A stretch of 11,324 nucleotides of DNA from an uncultured archaeon. Lineage in GTDB: Archaea; Asgardarchaeota; Lokiarchaeia; Sigyniarchaeales; SOKP01. The stretch covers positions 1 to 11,324 of the forward strand of contig CAYUTF010000097.1 of assembly GCA_964447495.1 (NCBI GenBank). Reading direction: 5' to 3'. The translations under genes and the position numbers were made by a program. Below the pieces are notes generated by a model. The model saw only the letters and a program-made list of their open reading frames with translations, was not told the DNA's origin and did no database searches. Shown piece by piece: positions 7,228 through 11,324 of the stretch. The first letter of the stretch is position 1, and each line of letters starts with the position of its first letter.

Positions 7228-8559
7228 ATGATCCTTTTAATAAATCCAAAAACTACGAAACCCTCTGAATTTCAATCAGAATATTTCAGAGAACCAAACT
7301 TAGGGCTTTTGTATTTAGCAGCCATATTAGATAGAAATGATATCGATGTAGACATTTTGGATTTAGAACAATATGATGATTTTAGTATTGATGAATTAAA
7401 GAAAATACTTAACACAAAGGCTTTACAATATACCATTTTTGGATTAACTTGTCTGACAAATACTTATAAATTTTCTATTTCCATAGCTAAAATCATCAAA
7501 AAGAGTAATCCAAATGCTATTGTTATCTTTGGTGGACCGCATGTTTCTTTTCAGTATAATTCAATATTATTAGCTGAATCTATTATAGATTTTATATGTA
7601 TTGGAGAATCTGAAAACTCTTTTTTAAATTTAGTTGAATTACTCATAGCAATCTTAAATAATGATAAAAATATTAGAGAATTTGAGAATAAATTCCATTC
7701 CATTCAAGGAATCGCATATATTAATTCTCAAGGGAAGGTAATTTTTACAGGATACCCTGAAGTTGTTGATGTAGAAAAACTCCCCCTTCCTGCGCGATAT
7801 AAGTTATCTCATGAATATTTTCACTATAAAGTAGCAAATATCATTGTGAACCGAGGGTGTCCAAATGAATGCTCTTTTTGTTCAAGACAAAGATTTTTCA
7901 AACTAGTAAGGATTCGCAGCATTAATTCTATTGTGTCTGAAATTAGAGATATTATTTCCCTCCAGAATTACAATTACATTAACTTTTACGACAATATTAA
8001 TATTAACAGACCGTTTTTCATTGATTTTTGTAATATGTTTATAGAAAATCAAATTAAGATGCCTTGGGGATGTGAATTAAGAGTGGATGCTATTAAACGA
8101 GACGATGCAGAATTATTGAAAAAAGCAGGGTGCCAATTAATTGCCACTGGGATTGAATCTGCAAGTGAAGAAGTATTAAAACGTAATTTTAAGTATCAAG
8201 ATCCAACGTTAGTTCTAAAAGGACTAGACTTTCTCAAAGAACAAAATATTTCTGTTCAATGCTATTTTGTTTTGGGGTTACCTGGGGAAACAGATGAAAC
8301 ATTTCAAGAGACTGTCAAATATATAAAAAATTTGCCCTTAACAAATGAGGATACTCTCGAATTTTTCGTAGCAACACCATATCCCGGGTCTTTGTTATGG
8401 GAAAATAAAAATAAATATAAAATAAAAATTATTGAAACAGATTTTTCGAAATATGATTGTCAACATATCATATTTGAAACTCAAAGCCTCAATACAAACC
8501 AACTTCGTAAAATGTTTAATATCGCGAAAGAATTGGAGAAATATCACTTATCCAAATGA
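7228..8559 (+). CDS. Cobalamin-binding radical SAM protein (class B methyltransferase-like)
   Basis: N-terminal B12-binding domain (LLINP, P.LGLLYLAA, GGPHVS, GESE), RGCPNECSFC (CxxxCxxC), GIES, GLPGET and TPYPGS. Confidence 0.93.
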   Translation: MILLINPKTTKPSEFQSEYFREPNLGLLYLAAILDRNDIDVDILDLEQYDDFSIDELKKILNTKALQYTIFGLTCLTNTYKFSISIAKIIKKSNPNAIVIFGGPHVSFQYNSILLAESIIDFICIGESENSFLNLVELLIAILNNDKNIREFENKFHSIQGIAYINSQGKVIFTGYPEVVDVEKLPLPARYKLSHEYFHYKVANIIVNRGCPNECSFCSRQRFFKLVRIRSINSIVSEIRDIISLQNYNYINFYDNININRPFFIDFCNMFIENQIKMPWGCELRVDAIKRDDAELLKKAGCQLIATGIESASEEVLKRNFKYQDPTLVLKGLDFLKEQNISVQCYFVLGLPGETDETFQETVKYIKNLPLTNEDTLEFFVATPYPGSLLWENKNKYKIKIIETDFSKYDCQHIIFETQSLNTNQLRKMFNIAKELEKYHLSK

Positions 8560-8601
8560 TTTTTCTAAAGTTATTTATAATTTTTTATAAATAAAAAGAA
8601 T

Positions 8602-8931
8602 TCAAAATCTCTGCTCTTGAGCTCTATGTGGCAAGCATGATGGAAACGTTCTAAAGAAACTCTGAAAAGCTACTCTTTCATTACCTTGTTTCACTAACTT
8701 TTTAATTTGATCTAGGCTACTTTTCTGCTGTATTAGGGTATCGGGTTTTTTTCCCTTCTTTTCAAGCTCAGCAATTAACACACTCAAATAATTAAAAAAA
8801 TTATCATATTTTCCTTCTTTTAAACCAGTAAAATCTTTCCTGCACACTTCCAAATAGTTAAAATCTTTAGGTTCTTTAGGGTATTTCCCTTTTGAAGTTA
8901 CTTCAATAATGTTTTTCACACCTCTAATCAT
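8602..8931 (-). CDS. Hypothetical protein, 109 aa, Lys-rich
   Basis: ATG-started ORF filling the intergenic gap with plausible composition and no recognised motif. Confidence 0.7.
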   Translation of the reverse strand: MIRGVKNIIEVTSKGKYPKEPKDFNYLEVCRKDFTGLKEGKYDNFFNYLSVLIAELEKKGKKPDTLIQQKSSLDQIKKLVKQGNERVAFQSFFRTFPSCLPHRAQEQRF

Positions 8932-9142
8932 TATTATCTAGTTTAACATAATAGTCTTTATATTAATAATTATGTGAAGATACTTTCAAGAAATTTTGAA
9001 ATTGCGGGTATGGAGATGATGGTTAATTTCAATAAGATAATTTTATTAAGAGAGAATTAACTCTAATTTTATGTATACAGAATTTTATAATAATATCTGA
9101 AAAATATATCAAAATAAATAGTTAAAAATTATAGTGTAAATT

Positions 9143-10426
9143 ATGGCTAAAATAGATTACTTTGTTGGGGAAGCATTAATCGGGGAAGCACCAAATCTTG
9201 CGCATCTTGATGTTATTATAGGTTCAAAAGATGGGCCTGTGGGACTTTCATTTGCAAACGCTATAGGTGCACCGAGTATAGGCCATGGTGGATTGCTGGC
9301 ATGTATCCGGCCTAATTTATTACCAAAACCATATACTCTTATTATACCTAAGGTTACTGTCGCTAATATGGAGGATGCTAATAAGATTTTTGGTCCTGCA
9401 CAAGCAGCAGTCGCTAAAGCTGTAGCAGATGCAGTAGAAGAGGGAATCATTCCAATGAATAAATTAGATGAATGGTTTATAATTATCAGTGTATTTATTC
9501 ATCCTGACGCCACAGATTATAGAAGAATATATCAATATAATTACGGTGCTACTAAATTAGCGATTCAAAGAGCTTTAAAATCATATCCTCCAATAGAAAA
9601 AATATTTTATGATAAAGATCGTGCGAAACATCCCGTAGCGGGAATGCGTATTCCAAGACTATTTCGTCCTCCTTATGTACAAGTTGCATTAGATGCGCCT
9701 GATCTAGAGAAACAAATAAAAGTAATTAAAGAACTTCCAAAAAGTGATAGAATTATTTTAGAAGTGGGCACTCCTTTTGTAAAAAAGTATGGTATGGATG
9801 CAATTAGAAAGATACGTGAAGTAGCAATAGATAAGTTTATCGTTGCTGATCTAAAAACCCTTGACGTAGGTAAATTGGAAGTAGATTTCTCTTTTGATGC
9901 TACTGCCGATGCTGTAGTATGCTCGGGACTTGCTTCCTCTTCTTCAATCGATAAATTTTTATTGGAAGCTCATCGTCTTGGAATATATGGGTTCGTCGAT
10001 ACTATGGAGGTTGCTGATCCCATTGCAAAAATGAAATCCTTGAAACAAGTTCCAGATGTTGTAATTTTACATAGAGCAATAGATGTAGAACAAACTGCAG
10101 GATCTCAGTCGCCTGATGCTTCCCAAAGAACAAGATGGGGTTTAGTTCCAAAAATTAAAGAAGCATTTGCCGATCAAAAATTAGTATCAGGACGAGACCG
10201 TGTGTTAGTTGCTGTGGCGGGAGGAATAGAACCAGAAAGCGCTAAATACGCACTAGATATGGGTGCTGATATATTAATAGTGGGCAGGTTTATTGCTTCG
10301 GCTAGAGATGTCAAAAATGCGATGCGAAGACTCCTTAATATTATTCCTGGATATTCTGATATCAATTTGAAGAGAGTACACGAAGAAGATGATGATTCAA
10401 GTATCACAAAAAGTACTTGGGATTAG
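9143..10426 (+). CDS. fae-hps: Bifunctional formaldehyde-activating enzyme / 3-hexulose-6-phosphate synthase
   Basis: Fae domain: GEALIGE..N.AHLD, FGPAQAAVAKAVAD, YNYGATKLAI. Hps domain: QVALD, LEVGTP, ADLKTLD, LHRAIDVE, VAGGI, VGR. Confidence 0.95.
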   Translation: MAKIDYFVGEALIGEAPNLAHLDVIIGSKDGPVGLSFANAIGAPSIGHGGLLACIRPNLLPKPYTLIIPKVTVANMEDANKIFGPAQAAVAKAVADAVEEGIIPMNKLDEWFIIISVFIHPDATDYRRIYQYNYGATKLAIQRALKSYPPIEKIFYDKDRAKHPVAGMRIPRLFRPPYVQVALDAPDLEKQIKVIKELPKSDRIILEVGTPFVKKYGMDAIRKIREVAIDKFIVADLKTLDVGKLEVDFSFDATADAVVCSGLASSSSIDKFLLEAHRLGIYGFVDTMEVADPIAKMKSLKQVPDVVILHRAIDVEQTAGSQSPDASQRTRWGLVPKIKEAFADQKLVSGRDRVLVAVAGGIEPESAKYALDMGADILIVGRFIASARDVKNAMRRLLNIIPGYSDINLKRVHEEDDDSSITKSTWD

Positions 10427-10440
10427 AAAATTAAACTAAC

Positions 10441-10496
10441 CTATTATCTTTTTATCTTTAAATTTTTTAAAAATAAGAAAAATAAAGAAAAAATAG
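10441..10496. terminator. Probable bidirectional T-rich/A-rich terminator region between convergent genes
   Basis: T-rich half (TATCTTTTTATCTTT) followed by an A-rich, roughly complementary half (AAGAAAAATAAAGAAAAAATAG). Confidence 0.4.
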
Positions 10497-10497
10497 T

Positions 10498-11223
10498 TTA
10501 TTCCTTAAATAGCATCCTTTTTATTCTTTCAGGTAAGAGAAATCCAATATAAAACTCAATTGAGCTGGATAATAAAATTAATCTCGCAATGATATAGGTT
10601 ATTGTCGAAGAGATTGCAAAATCTAAGACCGTTCCAACAGTAAAAGAGATAAATGCGGCCATTAATAGTTTACCCTTAAATCTTATTTCTCTACTATCCG
10701 ATTGGAGGGACTTCCGTGAAAATAACACACCCGTAACTAAAAATAACACCAAATTAATAATGAAGTAGACTTGACTAAAAACGCTCCATTTAATATTGAA
10801 GGTTCCTTCTAAAGTTGCGATAATGCTTACATTTGTTAAGAGAAAATAGAAGATTAAACTCTCAAAAATTAAGTTAAAAACCAAGACTGATAAGAGAATG
10901 TTTCTTCTGTTGTTCTTTCTAACGCCTAATAAGCTGATGAATGCAGTTAATCCACATAAAACCGTTATCGGAAGGATAACAATGCCAATAAGGATAAACC
11001 ATTCTACAGTAAGACCATATCCCACAGTAAGCATCATGATAAAAGTAATCACCGTTGGTAACCACGGGAATGTCAAACCCGTCCAAAATATGCCAATTAG
11101 TAAGATATTTCTTTGCTTAAATTTGAAATATTTCGAGATAATTATCAATCCAATGAGGATAGAAATCACAACTGCAACTAAACTGAAACTGCTATGTAAT
11201 ATATCTAACGGGGTTAGAGCCAT
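10498..11223 (-). CDS. Standalone integral membrane protein with about 7 TM helices
   Basis: About seven hydrophobic segments, basic loops (SKYFKFKQR, RKNNRR, RKS...RFKGK), a PW motif, and a C-terminal GFLLPERIKR. Confidence 0.85.
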   Translation of the reverse strand: MALTPLDILHSSFSLVAVVISILIGLIIISKYFKFKQRNILLIGIFWTGLTFPWLPTVITFIMMLTVGYGLTVEWFILIGIVILPITVLCGLTAFISLLGVRKNNRRNILLSVLVFNLIFESLIFYFLLTNVSIIATLEGTFNIKWSVFSQVYFIINLVLFLVTGVLFSRKSLQSDSREIRFKGKLLMAAFISFTVGTVLDFAISSTITYIIARLILLSSSIEFYIGFLLPERIKRMLFKE

Positions 11224-11237
11224 AAAATCACAAAAAC

Positions 11238-11253
11238 TTGTAATTAATTACAA
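11238..11253. promoter_or_regulatory. Perfect 16-bp palindrome TTGTAATTAATTACAA, putative operator
   Basis: Lies between a minus-strand TATA-like TTTAAATA (11267-11274) and the ATG at 11223. Confidence 0.55.
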
Positions 11254-11324
11254 TTAGCGATGATTCTATTTAAATTTTGATATGGTTTAATAAGGAGAAA
11301 GATACTGTCACAAATGAGATCAGA

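Noticed and set aside
3983-8604. TGA stops (bud32, RHH, radical SAM, 109-aa ORF) as possible selenocysteine codons
   Set aside because: The recognisable proteins are complete at the TGA, downstream frames show no coding character, and I saw no SECIS-like hairpin.
9016-9100. Possible box C/D sRNA (ATGATGG ... CTGA)
   Set aside because: Imperfect box C, no convincing D'/C' boxes or terminal stem, and it overlaps the probable fae-hps promoter.
9157-10407. Antisense ORFs 9157..9450 and 10174..10407
   Set aside because: Codon-mirror shadows of fae-hps.
10898-11257. 119-aa + strand ORF
   Set aside because: Antisense shadow of the hydrophobic membrane protein gene.

Overview
AT-rich archaeal window, most likely Asgard (Lokiarchaeia-like). 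This assignment is inferred from protein sequences and gene content. The first 6.2 kb is a rearranged housekeeping cluster: on the + strand rpoE1, spt4, dephospho-CoA kinase (DUF359), eS24, eS31, kae1 and bud32, then a ribbon-helix-helix regulator, L7Ae and eS28 (-), a solitary rpoN (+), and eS6 and eL24 (-). The rest carries a gelsolin-like protein with an extra C-terminal domain 13 bp upstream of a B12-binding radical SAM gene, a small orphan ORF, a Fae-Hps fusion and a standalone ~7-TM protein. The most notable signals are a tandem kink-turn hairpin covering the L7Ae Shine-Dalgarno, the gelsolin-like/radical SAM pair, a probable ATT start for rpoE1, and a perfect 16-bp palindrome over the 7-TM gene promoter. 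I saw no tRNA, rRNA, CRISPR array or mobile element. All homology calls come from motif recognition, not database searches.
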